This document shows, piece after piece, positions 15,833 to 24,354 of a stretch of 38,073 bases of DNA. Location of the stretch: NCBI GenBank assembly GCA_041679025.1, contig JBAYNC010000001.1:1-38073 (forward strand), written 5' to 3'. Position 1 is the first letter of the stretch. The number at the start of each line of letters is the position of its first letter. The notes beneath the pieces were generated by a model. It had not been told where the DNA came from and ran no database searches. It saw only the letters and a list, made by a program, of their open reading frames with translations. This DNA comes from Patescibacteria group bacterium (GTDB lineage Bacteria > Patescibacteriota > Patescibacteriia > Patescibacteriales > UBA12465). The translations under genes and the position numbers were made by a program.

Positions 15833-16693
15833 TTATTTTAACGCTTCAATGATTATTATTCTGTCTTGCCCCCTCAAGTCTTTTAACACTTCTGTTTTAG
15901 CTTGGGGCCAATTATTGCAAGCTAACTCTTTGATGGTGCTTGTTTGTGCTGGGTCTATTTCAATAATTAATGTGAGCTTCGGCGCCTTCAGACCTTTGGC
16001 TTGTTTAAGCATTTGGCGATAAAGGTCTAAGCCATCGTTACCGGAGATTAGAGCGCTCTGGGGCTCTCTCTGAATGGATAGCGAGGATTTAAATTGGTTT
16101 GGTGTTAGGTATGGCAGGTTGGCTAAAATCATTACTGGGTCAGAAAATTGTTGCTTAATAATTGGAGATAGTAGACCCCCTTTGATAAACTTTATCTTTT
16201 GGTTTAGGTGATGATTTTCGGCGTTTAGTCTAGCCATTTTAATTGCTTTTTTTGAGATTTCAATGGCTATATAGTTAGCTTCTTGGTTGGTATTATTGTC
16301 AGCTACGGAAATAATAATACAGCCAGACCCGGTGCCGACTTCAATGATTGTTATTGGATCTTTATTTGGGATTAATTTTAGGGCTGATTCTACTAATAAC
16401 TCAGTTTCGGGGCGGGGAATTAAGGTGTGTTTATTAACCTTAAAATCTAAGCCAAAGAATTCTTGCTGCCCAAGTAAATAAGCGGTTGGCCAATTTTTAG
16501 TTTTAAGGTTAATTAAATAGCGGTAGTGAAGATTTTGTTTAATGGTTAGATTTTTTTTGTCGTTAGTTAAGATAAAAACACGATCTTTTTTTAGGATCTT
16601 GGCTAAAAGTAACTCAGCCTCTAAAGAAGGTTGGTCTATTTGTTTTTGTCTTAATTTTTCGGTTCCAATTGTAATAGCTTGTTTAATAGTCAT
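15833..16693 (-). CDS. prmC: Release-factor glutamine N5-methyltransferase (PrmC/HemK)
   Basis: AdoMet motif IIEVGTGSGCIIISVA. Catalytic motif IV reads ILANLPYL (NLPY rather than the canonical NPPY). Sits directly downstream of prfA. Confidence 0.85.
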   Translation of the reverse strand: MTIKQAITIGTEKLRQKQIDQPSLEAELLLAKILKKDRVFILTNDKKNLTIKQNLHYRYLINLKTKNWPTAYLLGQQEFFGLDFKVNKHTLIPRPETELLVESALKLIPNKDPITIIEVGTGSGCIIISVADNNTNQEANYIAIEISKKAIKMARLNAENHHLNQKIKFIKGGLLSPIIKQQFSDPVMILANLPYLTPNQFKSSLSIQREPQSALISGNDGLDLYRQMLKQAKGLKAPKLTLIIEIDPAQTSTIKELACNNWPQAKTEVLKDLRGQDRIIIIEALK

Positions 16694-16699
16694 AACAAT

Positions 16700-16727
16700 A
16701 AAATCCCGACTAAGGTCGGGATTTTTT
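16700..16727 (-). promoter_or_regulatory. Terminator-like hairpin filling the prfA-prmC junction
   Basis: Minus-strand RNA: AAAAAAUCCCGAC-CUUA-GUCGGGAUUUUAUUGUU, then AUG of prmC (16693). The prfA stop (16726-16728) lies in the 5' A-tract. Confidence 0.6.
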
Positions 16728-17763
16728 ATCTTTCTAAATTTTGTCGAAGGGAATTAATTATTTCATCTAAATCTCCTTCCATGATGGTTGAGATATTATG
16801 CCAAGATTCTCCAATCCGATGGTCGGTAATTCTATCTTGAGGGAAATTATAGGTTCTAATTTTGTCGCTTCGTTCGCCTCCGCCAACTTGAATTTTTCTT
16901 TCTGCCGACTCCTTGATTTGGCGATCTTCCTCAATTTTGGCGAGTAGGCGGGAGCGCAGTACTTGTAACGCTTTTTCTTTATTTTGATGTTGTGATTTTT
17001 GGTCTTGGCAACTGACAATCATGCCAGTCGGAACATGTAGAACCCGAACGGCAGAGTAGGTGGTGTTAACACTCTGGCCACCTGGTCCAGAAGAGCAGAA
17101 GGTGTCAATTCTGATATCACTCATCTTAATCTCTAAATCAACTTCTTCAGCTCGAGGCAAAACAACCACTGTTGAAGTCGAGGTGTGGATGCGACCTTGT
17201 TTTTCAGTTTCTGGAACTCTTTGGACGCGATGAGTGCCAGCTTCATATTTAAGTAGGCCATAGGCTCCGCTTCCTTTAACTTCAAAAATAATTTCTTTGT
17301 AACCACCCAGGCCTATGGGGCTAGAATTTAATATATCGATTTTAAGATTATGTTTTTCGGCAAAACGAGAATACATTCGAAATAGATCAGCGGTAAATAG
17401 AGCTGATTCATCGCCTCCGGTTCCGCCTCTAATTTCAATAATAGCGTCTTTCTTGTCGTTAGGGTTGGCGGGATGAAGCTCTTCTTTAATGGCTATCTCT
17501 AGAGCAGCAGCTTTTTTTTGCAAGCCATCGATTTCATCTTCAGCTACTTTCTTAAATTCTGGGTCAGTTTCGGTTTTGATAATTTCTCGGTTTCCCTCTA
17601 GGTCGTTGTTAACTTTTTCCCAATCCAAAACTAGCTCATAGATTGATTTGAGGCTGGAATGCTCCTTGGAAATTTTAGTTAGTTCGGCTCGGTCGTTTAT
17701 TAAGGCCGGATCTGATAACTTTACTTCCAATTCTTGGTATTTTTGTTTAATGTCTTCGTACAT
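16726..17763 (-). CDS. prfA: Peptide chain release factor 1
   Basis: GGQ motif SGPGGQSVNTT. RF1-type tripeptide in VQRVPETEKQGRIHTS. I place the start at ATG 17763 (MYEDIKQKYQELE). The track start at 17793 is a TTG inside a hairpin. Confidence 0.93.
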   Translation of the reverse strand: MYEDIKQKYQELEVKLSDPALINDRAELTKISKEHSSLKSIYELVLDWEKVNNDLEGNREIIKTETDPEFKKVAEDEIDGLQKKAAALEIAIKEELHPANPNDKKDAIIEIRGGTGGDESALFTADLFRMYSRFAEKHNLKIDILNSSPIGLGGYKEIIFEVKGSGAYGLLKYEAGTHRVQRVPETEKQGRIHTSTSTVVVLPRAEEVDLEIKMSDIRIDTFCSSGPGGQSVNTTYSAVRVLHVPTGMIVSCQDQKSQHQNKEKALQVLRSRLLAKIEEDRQIKESAERKIQVGGGERSDKIRTYNFPQDRITDHRIGESWHNISTIMEGDLDEIINSLRQNLER

Positions 17764-17783
17764 AGGAAAAGTTATAAAAAATT

Positions 17784-17835
17784 GGCCTCCCAATAATTAT
17801 AGTTTAAATTAAAAAACTACAATTATAGAGAGGCC
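17784..17835 (-). promoter_or_regulatory. Long imperfect hairpin (22-nt arms, 19 pairs) between rpmE and prfA; attenuator/terminator-like
   Basis: GGCCTCCCAATAATTATAGTTT (17784-17805), 8-nt loop, AAACTACAATTATAGAGAGGCC (17814-17835). On the minus strand it is followed by AAUUUUUUAU and then the prfA ATG. Confidence 0.6.
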
Positions 17836-17846
17836 AACCAGTCAAT

Positions 17847-18131
17847 TTATTCTTTGATCTTAGTAGCTTTTTTGGTAGCCAAAGCCGCTCTTTTTACTTT
17901 TTTACCTTTTCTTGATTCGGCTGCTTCTTTTTGTTTACCAACTTTAGCGTTGAATTTCTCGGCTCGGCCGGCAGCATCAACTAATTTCTGTTTGCCAGTA
18001 TAAAAAGGATGACATTTAGAACAAAGGTCAGTCTTTATCTCTGGATCAGTTGAGCCAGTCTCAAAGCTATTACCACAAGCACAGCTAGCTGTAATCTTAT
18101 CGTGGTATTTTGGGTGGATATCTTTTTTCAT
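17847..18131 (-). CDS. rpmE: 50S ribosomal protein L31 (Zn-ribbon type A) with a Lys-rich C-terminal extension
   Basis: [10 protein letters not shown]...CACGN...[13 protein letters not shown]. Four Cys are present. There are about 25 extra basic residues at the C-terminus. Confidence 0.95.
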   Translation of the reverse strand: MKKDIHPKYHDKITASCACGNSFETGSTDPEIKTDLCSKCHPFYTGKQKLVDAAGRAEKFNAKVGKQKEAAESRKGKKVKRAALATKKATKIKE

Positions 18132-18208
18132 AGTTATTAGAAAAGCGTCTAAAACCGTTAATAAAGAGGTTCTATCACTTTAATTATTGCTTATTTTTTG
18201 ATAGGTTT

Positions 18209-18237
18209 AGATTATCATAGTAATAAAATTTAATCAA
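18209..18237 (-). promoter_or_regulatory. Candidate promoter for rpmE-prfA-prmC
   Basis: Minus strand: TTGATT (18237-18232), 17-nt spacer ending in TGa, then TAATCT (18214-18209). Confidence 0.45.
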
Positions 18238-18251
18238 GGGGTGTCTCGGGT

Positions 18252-18280
18252 TTGAAAAATAAATTTTGGGGTGGTATTAT
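18252..18280 (+). promoter_or_regulatory. Candidate promoter for the rfbB operon
   Basis: TTGAAA (18252-18257), 17-nt spacer, TATTAT (18275-18280). Confidence 0.5.
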
Positions 18281-18306
18281 GTAGAAAACTATTAATTAAT
18301 AATAAT

Positions 18307-19272
18307 ATGAAAATTTTGGTAACTGGTGGGGCCGGCTTTATCGGCTCAAATTTTATCCATTATTGGCTTAATTTGTATCCAAATGACTATATCGTTAATT
18401 TGGATAAGTTAACTTATGCGGGAAATTTAGATAATCTGCAGGAGTTAGCTAATAACGATCATTATCGCTTTGTTGAGGGCGATATTTGCGATTTTGATCT
18501 TGTCAGCGGTTTGGTCTCTGAGATTGATTTAATTGTTCATTTTGCGGCCGAAAGTCATGTTGATCGCTCAATTAAGAATAGTGCCGATTTTATCAGAACT
18601 AATGTTGAGGGCACTAGAGTTCTGTTAGAGGTGGCCCGTTCAAATGGTAATATTCGTTTTCATCATGTTTCGACTGATGAAGTTTTTGGGTCGTTGTCTC
18701 CTTCGGACCCTAAGTTTAGTGAAACAACCCCTTATGATCCGCATTCTCCGTACAGTGCCTCAAAAGCTTCTTCGGATCACTTAGTTCGGGCCTATTTTCA
18801 TACCCATGGGCTACCAATTACTATTTCCAATTGCTCTAATAATTATGGACCGCGTCAATTTCCGGAAAAATTGATTCCGCTCTTTGTTACCAACTTAATT
18901 GAAGGTAAAAAGGTTCCGGTTTATGGTCAGGGAAAAAATATTCGTGATTGGATTTATGTTGATGATCATAATCGAGGCGTTGATTCTATTATCAAAAAAG
19001 GTAGGATCGGAGAAACATATTGTTTAGGAGGGAATAACGAACTTACTAATTTGGAAATTACCCATACTATATTAGAGATTATGGATAAGGACGAAAAATC
19101 AATTGAATATGTCGCTGATCGCCCGGGGCACGACTTTCGCTATGCTATTGATTTTACTAAAGCTAAAAATGAGTTAGGTTGGGAGCCACAGGTTGATTTT
19201 GCCACTGGGTTAAAGCTAACTATTGATTGGTATCAAAATAACCCAGGCTGGTGGCAAAAATTGAAAAAATAA
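18307..19272 (+). CDS. rfbB: dTDP-glucose 4,6-dehydratase
   Basis: MKILVTGGAGFIGSNF...HFAAESHVDRS...YSASKASSDHLVRAY. I prefer ATG 18307 over the non-ATG track start at 18271, which lies within the predicted promoter. Confidence 0.95.
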   Translation: MKILVTGGAGFIGSNFIHYWLNLYPNDYIVNLDKLTYAGNLDNLQELANNDHYRFVEGDICDFDLVSGLVSEIDLIVHFAAESHVDRSIKNSADFIRTNVEGTRVLLEVARSNGNIRFHHVSTDEVFGSLSPSDPKFSETTPYDPHSPYSASKASSDHLVRAYFHTHGLPITISNCSNNYGPRQFPEKLIPLFVTNLIEGKKVPVYGQGKNIRDWIYVDDHNRGVDSIIKKGRIGETYCLGGNNELTNLEITHTILEIMDKDEKSIEYVADRPGHDFRYAIDFTKAKNELGWEPQVDFATGLKLTIDWYQNNPGWWQKLKK

Positions 19273-19281
19273 TTATTTTTT

Positions 19282-20133
19282 ATGAAAGTTTTAATTTTAG
19301 GGGCGCAAGGTAACTTGGGTAGCCAATTGGTTAAGGTTTTTGGGGATAGTGCTATTTCTTGGGATAGGGCTGATTTGGATATTACTGATCGCGAAATGGT
19401 GTTAGACAAAATTTCGAGACTAAAGCCTGACGTGATTATTAATGCGACGGCTTATAACGCGGTTGATAAATGCGAAGAAGATGAAGACCAGAATAAATTA
19501 GCTCAAAAATTAAACGGAGAGGCGGTTTCTTATTTAGCTGAAGCCGCTTTGGCCGTCTCAGCTATTTTGGTTCATTATTCTTCTGACTATGTTTTTAGTG
19601 GTGAAAGTAAGGCCGGGTACTCAGAAGACTCAAAACCGGGTCCAATTAATAATTATGGTCGAAGTAAATTGCGCGGAGAGGAGTTATTGCACACAAAAAT
19701 TGCACAAGGTCTTAAATACTACTTAATCAGAACCTCAAAACTATTTGGTCCTCAGGGAAAAAGCGATCTATCTAAGCCTAGCTTCTTTGATATTATGCTT
19801 AATTTAGCCAAAGAGAGGTCAGAGATTAAAGTGGTAGATGAGGAGTTTAGTTGCTTTACTTATACAGTTGATTTAGCTCAAAGAACTAAGGAGTTATTAG
19901 AAAAAGAATATCCTTTTGGTGTTTATCACTTAGTTGGTTCTGACCCGACTACTTGGTATGGCGCTGTGAGCCAATTGTTTAAAATTGCTGGAATTAATGT
20001 TAAACTAATACCAGTTTCGAGTGGGGAATTTCCTCGCCCGGCAAAACGACCGAAATTTTCGGTTTTAATTAATACAAAAACACCGCCTCTGCGAGATTTC
20101 TCGGAGGCGCTAGCTGAATATTTAAATTTATGA
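19282..20133 (+). CDS. rfbD: dTDP-4-dehydrorhamnose reductase
   Basis: [13 protein letters not shown]...[13 protein letters not shown]...YSSDYVF...YGRSKLRGE...RPKFSVL. Its stop TGA overlaps the ATG of rfbA (ATGA). Confidence 0.9.
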   Translation: MKVLILGAQGNLGSQLVKVFGDSAISWDRADLDITDREMVLDKISRLKPDVIINATAYNAVDKCEEDEDQNKLAQKLNGEAVSYLAEAALAVSAILVHYSSDYVFSGESKAGYSEDSKPGPINNYGRSKLRGEELLHTKIAQGLKYYLIRTSKLFGPQGKSDLSKPSFFDIMLNLAKERSEIKVVDEEFSCFTYTVDLAQRTKELLEKEYPFGVYHLVGSDPTTWYGAVSQLFKIAGINVKLIPVSSGEFPRPAKRPKFSVLINTKTPPLRDFSEALAEYLNL

Positions 20134-20855
20134 AAGGTATAATTCTTTCTGGTGGCAGTGCCACCAGACTTCGTCCTTGTACTAAGGTAACCTCTAAACA
20201 ACTCTTGCCGGTTTATAATCGGCCGATGATTTATTATCCCCTAAATACTTTGATCAAGGCGGGGATTAAAGAAATTCTGATTATTGTTGCTCCCGAAAGA
20301 GCTGGCGATTATTTAAATCTTTTAGGTAGCGGTAAGGAGTTTGGGGTCAAGTTCACTTATGAAGTTCAGGATAAACCAGAGGGTTTGGCCCAAGCTTTTA
20401 TTATTGGTGAAACTTTTATTGATAACGATTCGGTTTGTATGATTTTGGGGGATAATATCTTTGAGGACGATCTTGCTGGAGACGTTAAGAGTTTTACATC
20501 TGGAGCTAAAGTTTTTGCTAAGCAAGTTAAAGATCCAGAGAGATTTGGTATCGTTGAATTTGATGCTGATATGAAAGCTATTTCCATTGAAGAGAAGCCA
20601 GCTCAACCTAAATCTAATTATTGCGTAACCGGGATGTATGTTTATGACCATCGAGTCGTTGATGTGGCTAAAAATTTGAAACCATCGGCTCGGGGTGAGC
20701 TAGAAATTACTGATGTTAATAAATGGTATTTAGAGCAGGGTGAATTAGAGGTGGCGATGATTAGTGGTGCTTGGATTGATACTGGAACTTTTGATAGCTT
20801 GTTGGAGGCACAGAATTTGGCTAAAGAGAAACTACAAGATAAATTTGTAATTTAA
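20130..20855 (+). CDS. rfbA: Glucose-1-phosphate thymidylyltransferase, short (241-aa) form
   Basis: [38 protein letters not shown]...[10 protein letters not shown]...LGDNIF...FGIVEFD...[18 protein letters not shown]. Confidence 0.85.
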   Translation: MKGIILSGGSATRLRPCTKVTSKQLLPVYNRPMIYYPLNTLIKAGIKEILIIVAPERAGDYLNLLGSGKEFGVKFTYEVQDKPEGLAQAFIIGETFIDNDSVCMILGDNIFEDDLAGDVKSFTSGAKVFAKQVKDPERFGIVEFDADMKAISIEEKPAQPKSNYCVTGMYVYDHRVVDVAKNLKPSARGELEITDVNKWYLEQGELEVAMISGAWIDTGTFDSLLEAQNLAKEKLQDKFVI

Positions 20856-20860
20856 ATTAT

Positions 20861-22144
20861 ATGTCTAAAAAAATTATATCAAATCAGGCGGTTAAGGGTA
20901 TGGCTGATTGGTTGCCGGAGGAGTTGAAAATTAGAAAATATATTTTTGATACTTGGAGACGAGTTTGTTTGTCTTATGGTTTTGAAGAGTATTTAACTCC
21001 AGTTCTAGAAAATGCTGAAATTTATCGAGCGAAAAGCGGAGAGGATGTCGGAAACAAAGAACTTATGGTATTTATTGATCAAGGAGGCCGAGAATTGGCT
21101 CTAAGGCCGGAGATGACTCCATCGGTAACTCGATTAGTTTCTAAAATTTTTGTTACTTGTCCTAAACCGATTAAATATTTTTCAATTGCTAATTTTGTCC
21201 GAAATGAAAGACCACAAAGAGGTCGCAATCGAGAGTTTTGGCAATTAAATTGTGATATTTTTGGAAGTGAATCCTCGTCTTCCGATATTGAGATTCTAAC
21301 TCTTTCCTTAGATTTAGTCTTGGCTTTTAATCCGCCTAAAGACTCTTTTATATTATCTTTGAACCACCGTCAATTATTGAATGACCTTTTATTGTTAGCT
21401 AGTGTTAGTCATGACCAGAAATTAGCTGTGGCTCGGACTTTAGATAAATACTTGAAATTGAGTTCGGCTGATTTTAGTAAATGCTTGTCAGATTTAGGCC
21501 TAAAGACGGCTCAGATTAATATTATCGTTAAATTCATGACCGCCGTTAGTTTGGATGACTTGAAAAATCGTTTGCCGGAACTAGTTGGTAGTCAGGGTTT
21601 CAAGGATTTAGAAAGAACCATGAAGGCCTTGAAGGATTTGGGTTATCAAAAACTGATTGAATTTAAGCCGAGTGTTATTCGTGGCTTTGATTATTATGAT
21701 GGCTTGATTTTTGAGATGTTTGATAAACATCCGGAGAATAATCGGGCTATGTTCGGTGGTGGTCGCTATAATGGTTTGGCAGAGATATTTGGTTCTCAGA
21801 GCTTCCCAGCCTTGGGTTTTGGTATTGGTGATGAAACTGCTAAGTTATTTTTGGAGAGCTGGGGCGTGTTGAAGAAGCTTGATCTCAGTGATACTCATAA
21901 ATATTATTTGCCTCTTCTGAGCTCTGATTTAGAGTTGGAAGTAATAAAGCTAGTTAAAAAATTACGATCGCAGGGCTTGAATGTGGAAATGGGATTAGAG
22001 GTTGTTAAAATTAATAAGGCATTGGAATATGCCAACAAGAAGGGAATTAACCAAGTTATTATTTTTGGTGATGAAGAATTACAAAAGAAAGTTTACAAGA
22101 TTAAAAACATGAAGAGCGGCGTGGAGAAAAAATGTAAATTATAG
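20861..22144 (+). CDS. hisS: Histidine--tRNA ligase
   Basis: Class II motifs LRPEMTPSVTR, FVRNERPQRGRNREFWQLNCDIFG and GGGRYNGL. The C-terminal anticodon-binding domain (...INQVIIFGDEELQKKVYKIKNMKSG) argues against HisZ. Confidence 0.85.
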   Translation: MSKKIISNQAVKGMADWLPEELKIRKYIFDTWRRVCLSYGFEEYLTPVLENAEIYRAKSGEDVGNKELMVFIDQGGRELALRPEMTPSVTRLVSKIFVTCPKPIKYFSIANFVRNERPQRGRNREFWQLNCDIFGSESSSSDIEILTLSLDLVLAFNPPKDSFILSLNHRQLLNDLLLLASVSHDQKLAVARTLDKYLKLSSADFSKCLSDLGLKTAQINIIVKFMTAVSLDDLKNRLPELVGSQGFKDLERTMKALKDLGYQKLIEFKPSVIRGFDYYDGLIFEMFDKHPENNRAMFGGGRYNGLAEIFGSQSFPALGFGIGDETAKLFLESWGVLKKLDLSDTHKYYLPLLSSDLELEVIKLVKKLRSQGLNVEMGLEVVKINKALEYANKKGINQVIIFGDEELQKKVYKIKNMKSGVEKKCKL

Positions 22145-22148
22145 TCTT

Positions 22149-22727
22149 ATGAAAAAAAATATTCTTTGGGCCTTATTGATTATTTCTTTAATAATCTTGG
22201 TGGTTCTAACTCTCCGAGTTGTTGGTGGTGAGGACGGTTGGATTTGTTCAGAAGGGAATTGGGTTTCCCATGGTCATCCTAACTCACCTCAGCCGACTAC
22301 TCCTTGTGTTTTGGTGGAGCCGATAATTACTAATGAGTTATCTACTGTTTTAATTTTCTTTGGTAATACTAAAATTGATCCCAATGTTTTAAATTGTGAA
22401 ATTACTCATAGTGTTAGTCGCCAGGTTTTGTTGAGCGATGATAAATACGGAGCGGTTATAGCTGAGCTTTTGCAGGGTCCGAGCGAAGAAGAGACTAATT
22501 TAGGATTTTTTACTTCTATTAATTCTGGTGTTAAATTGCCAAAAATTATATTTTCTGCTGGAGTTTTGACAGTTGATTTTGATGTTGATTTAGAAAAGGC
22601 CGTTGGTGGTTCGTGTCGAGTTTCAGCTATTCGTTCGCAGATCACAAATACTCTCAAGCAATTCTCTGAGGTTTCGGAGGTCATTATTTCGGTTAATGGT
22701 CGAGTTGCTGATGTTCTACAGCCCTAA
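22149..22727 (+). CDS. Membrane-anchored GerMN-domain protein
   Basis: N-terminal TM/signal anchor. AVIAELLQGPSEEETNLGFFTSI...LTVDFDVDLEK...RSQITNTLKQFSEVSEVIISVNG matches the GerMN pattern. Confidence 0.6.
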   Translation: MKKNILWALLIISLIILVVLTLRVVGGEDGWICSEGNWVSHGHPNSPQPTTPCVLVEPIITNELSTVLIFFGNTKIDPNVLNCEITHSVSRQVLLSDDKYGAVIAELLQGPSEEETNLGFFTSINSGVKLPKIIFSAGVLTVDFDVDLEKAVGGSCRVSAIRSQITNTLKQFSEVSEVIISVNGRVADVLQP

Positions 22728-22731
22728 ATTT

Positions 22732-23355
22732 TTATTTTTTAGTCGTATCTCTGATAGGAGCAAAGCTGAGGCGATGAATAGGGCAGGGGCCGTATTCTAG
22801 TATTTTTTCTAAATGGAGCTTGGTGCCGTAGCCTTTATGTTGAGCAAATTTATATTCGGGATATTTTTTATCCAGTTCATTCATGAGGTAGTCTCGACTG
22901 ACTTTGGCAATAATTGAAGCAGCGGCGATGCAAAATATTTTGTTGTCGCCATCTTTAATAGCTTCTTGCGGGAGGTCTAGTCGAGGGATTCTTAGGCCAC
23001 CATCAACTAGAATATAATCAGGAGAAACAGCCATTTGTGAGATGGCTTTTTTCATAGATAAGAATGTAGCCTGGAGAATATTAACCTGATCAATAGTTTT
23101 GTGATCAATTACTCCGATAGCGACAGCAATGGCTTTTTCTTTAATGACTGTAAATATTTTTTCTCGCTTTAGAGCTGATAATTTTTTTGAATCTCGAATT
23201 AATTCTAATTCTGGTCCAGAGATTACAAAATTCTTATCAATTACCACACAGGCAGCCACAACTGGTCCGGCAAGTGGCCCGCGACCAGCCTCATCTACCC
23301 CACCGATTAGGTTATAGCCATTTTGAAATAATTCTTGTTCTTTGTTTAAATTCAT
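22732..23355 (-). CDS. rnhB: Ribonuclease HII
   Basis: GVDEAGRGPLAGPVVAA...DSKKLS...ILVDG...ASIIAKV.RD...GYGT..H. Confidence 0.95.
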   Translation of the reverse strand: MNLNKEQELFQNGYNLIGGVDEAGRGPLAGPVVAACVVIDKNFVISGPELELIRDSKKLSALKREKIFTVIKEKAIAVAIGVIDHKTIDQVNILQATFLSMKKAISQMAVSPDYILVDGGLRIPRLDLPQEAIKDGDNKIFCIAAASIIAKVSRDYLMNELDKKYPEYKFAQHKGYGTKLHLEKILEYGPCPIHRLSFAPIRDTTKK

Positions 23356-23364
23356 ATTGCTTCT

Positions 23365-23373
23365 ATTATAGCA
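23365..23373 (-). promoter_or_regulatory. Extended -10 (TGCTATAAT) 9 nt upstream of the rnhB ATG; near-leaderless
   Basis: Minus strand reads TGCTATAAT-agaagcaat-ATG. Confidence 0.5.
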
Positions 23374-23375
23374 TA

Positions 23376-23404
23376 AAAATTAAAGAGCCATCTTTTTTGA
23401 TGGC
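23376..23404 (-). terminator. Weak terminator after the 23421-23747 ORF
   Basis: Minus strand: GCCATC-AAAAAA-GATGGC, then UCUUUAAUUUUUAU. Confidence 0.45.
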
Positions 23405-23420
23405 CCTCAGGGTTTTTCTT

Positions 23421-23747
23421 TTATTTTTTTATTTTCTGTTTTTTGATCCAATCTATGGCTCTTTCGGAACTATAGACTATGACGTCGTCATTACCTAGAT
23501 GGGGCAATACTTTATTTTGGTGTTTTGGAGTAATGGTCAGACTATTTTCTAGCTTCTCTAACACTAAAAAATATACTTTGTTCTTAGTTAACTCTTCGAT
23601 TTTGTCGTTTTGAGTTTTTCCGAGGCATCCTGGACAATCAAACCCATTATTCAGGGCTTCTTTGACCAACTTTTTGATTTTGTCTTTGTCCTTGTTGTAA
23701 GGGGGGACATAAATCCTCTCAAACACCTTTATTTTTTTATCTATCAT
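23421..23747 (-). CDS. Hypothetical small basic protein (108 aa from ATG 23747)
   Basis: The track ORF begins at TTG 23801, but that TTG is the first base of a consensus TTGACA -35 box. The first ATG gives MIDKKIKVFERIYVPPYNKDKDK... No recognisable domain. Confidence 0.5.
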   Translation of the reverse strand: MIDKKIKVFERIYVPPYNKDKDKIKKLVKEALNNGFDCPGCLGKTQNDKIEELTKNKVYFLVLEKLENSLTITPKHQNKVLPHLGNDDVIVYSSERAIDWIKKQKIKK

Positions 23748-23772
23748 TCTTCGGGTTTTTAAAGTTGGTGTT

Positions 23773-23801
23773 ATGTTATAATAATTAGTCTTGTTTGTCA
23801 A
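23773..23801 (-). promoter_or_regulatory. Promoter TTGACA-17-TAACAT for the 23747 ORF
   Basis: Minus strand: TTGACA (23801-23796), 17-nt spacer, TAACAT (23778-23773). Confidence 0.55.
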
Positions 23802-23823
23802 TGTTTGTTTAGACTTCTTTCTG

Positions 23824-23832
23824 TGATATAAT
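23824..23832 (+). promoter_or_regulatory. Extended -10 (TGATATAAT) 6 nt upstream of ATG 23839; predicts a leaderless mRNA
   Basis: tgTGaTATAATtaattcATG. Confidence 0.5.
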
Positions 23833-23838
23833 TAATTC

Positions 23839-24354
23839 ATGAAACTCTATTATTTTTATGCCCTTTTGACGGCTCCAGGGATTGTTGTTCATGAATTATC
23901 TCATGCTCTTTTTTGTGTTTTGGGTGGAGTGAAGATTCATAAGATAAATTTGTTTCGTTTTCAAAAGGTTGCTGGTTATGTGGTTCATGATGAGCCTCGG
24001 GGCTTTATTAGCAGTTGGCTTATTTCTTTTGGTCCTTTAATAGTCAATTCCTATTTAGCCATGTTCTTGTTTGTTCAGGTTAGGCCAATTTATAATTTGT
24101 GGGACCTATTGTTTATGTATTTGGGAGTGGTTATCGCCCTTCAAGCCATTCCTTCAAATGGTGACGCTAATTCTTTGTTAATGATGGCTAATCGAAACTT
24201 TTGGAAAAATCCGTTAGTTATTTTACTTTATCCTTTTGTTTTAATCTTATATATTTTAAATTTATTAAAACGTCTTTATTTAGATTGGGCTTATGTTATT
24301 TTTTTAATTTATATCGCTCAAAATTATTTTATTAATTACGTTAAATTATTATGA
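23839..24354 (+). CDS. Polytopic membrane protein with an HExxH motif (putative intramembrane zinc metallopeptidase, M50B/DUF3267-like)
   Basis: APGIVVHELSHALFC is followed by 4-5 TM helices. Its stop overlaps the next ATG (ATGA at 24351-24354). Confidence 0.55.
   Translation: MKLYYFYALLTAPGIVVHELSHALFCVLGGVKIHKINLFRFQKVAGYVVHDEPRGFISSWLISFGPLIVNSYLAMFLFVQVRPIYNLWDLLFMYLGVVIALQAIPSNGDANSLLMMANRNFWKNPLVILLYPFVLILYILNLLKRLYLDWAYVIFLIYIAQNYFINYVKLL

Noticed and set aside
17764-17793. TTG start extending RF1 by 10 aa (MGGQFFITFP)
   Set aside because: The TTG and following codons lie inside the 3' arm of the 52-nt hairpin. RF1 homology begins at MYEDIKQKY (ATG 17763).
18271-18306. 12-aa N-terminal extension of RfbB (non-ATG start at 18271)
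   Set aside because: It overlaps the predicted -10 box. The canonical MKILVTGGAGFIGS N-terminus starts at ATG 18307.
22725-22734. Convergent GerMN and rnhB stops only 4 nt apart, with no terminator
   Set aside because: The observation is real. It is ordinary for a compacted genome and no extra structure is visible, so it is not reported as a finding.
23748-23801. TTG start at 23801 for the small minus-strand ORF
   Set aside because: That TTG is the first base of a TTGACA -35 hexamer with a TAACAT -10 located 17 nt downstream. The first ATG (23747) follows the predicted transcription start.
20131-24354. Alternative genetic code (UGA recoding as in some candidate phyla)
   Set aside because: TGA terminates rfbD (20131-20133) and the HExxH protein (24352-24354) at the expected protein lengths. 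All conserved genes are intact under the standard code.
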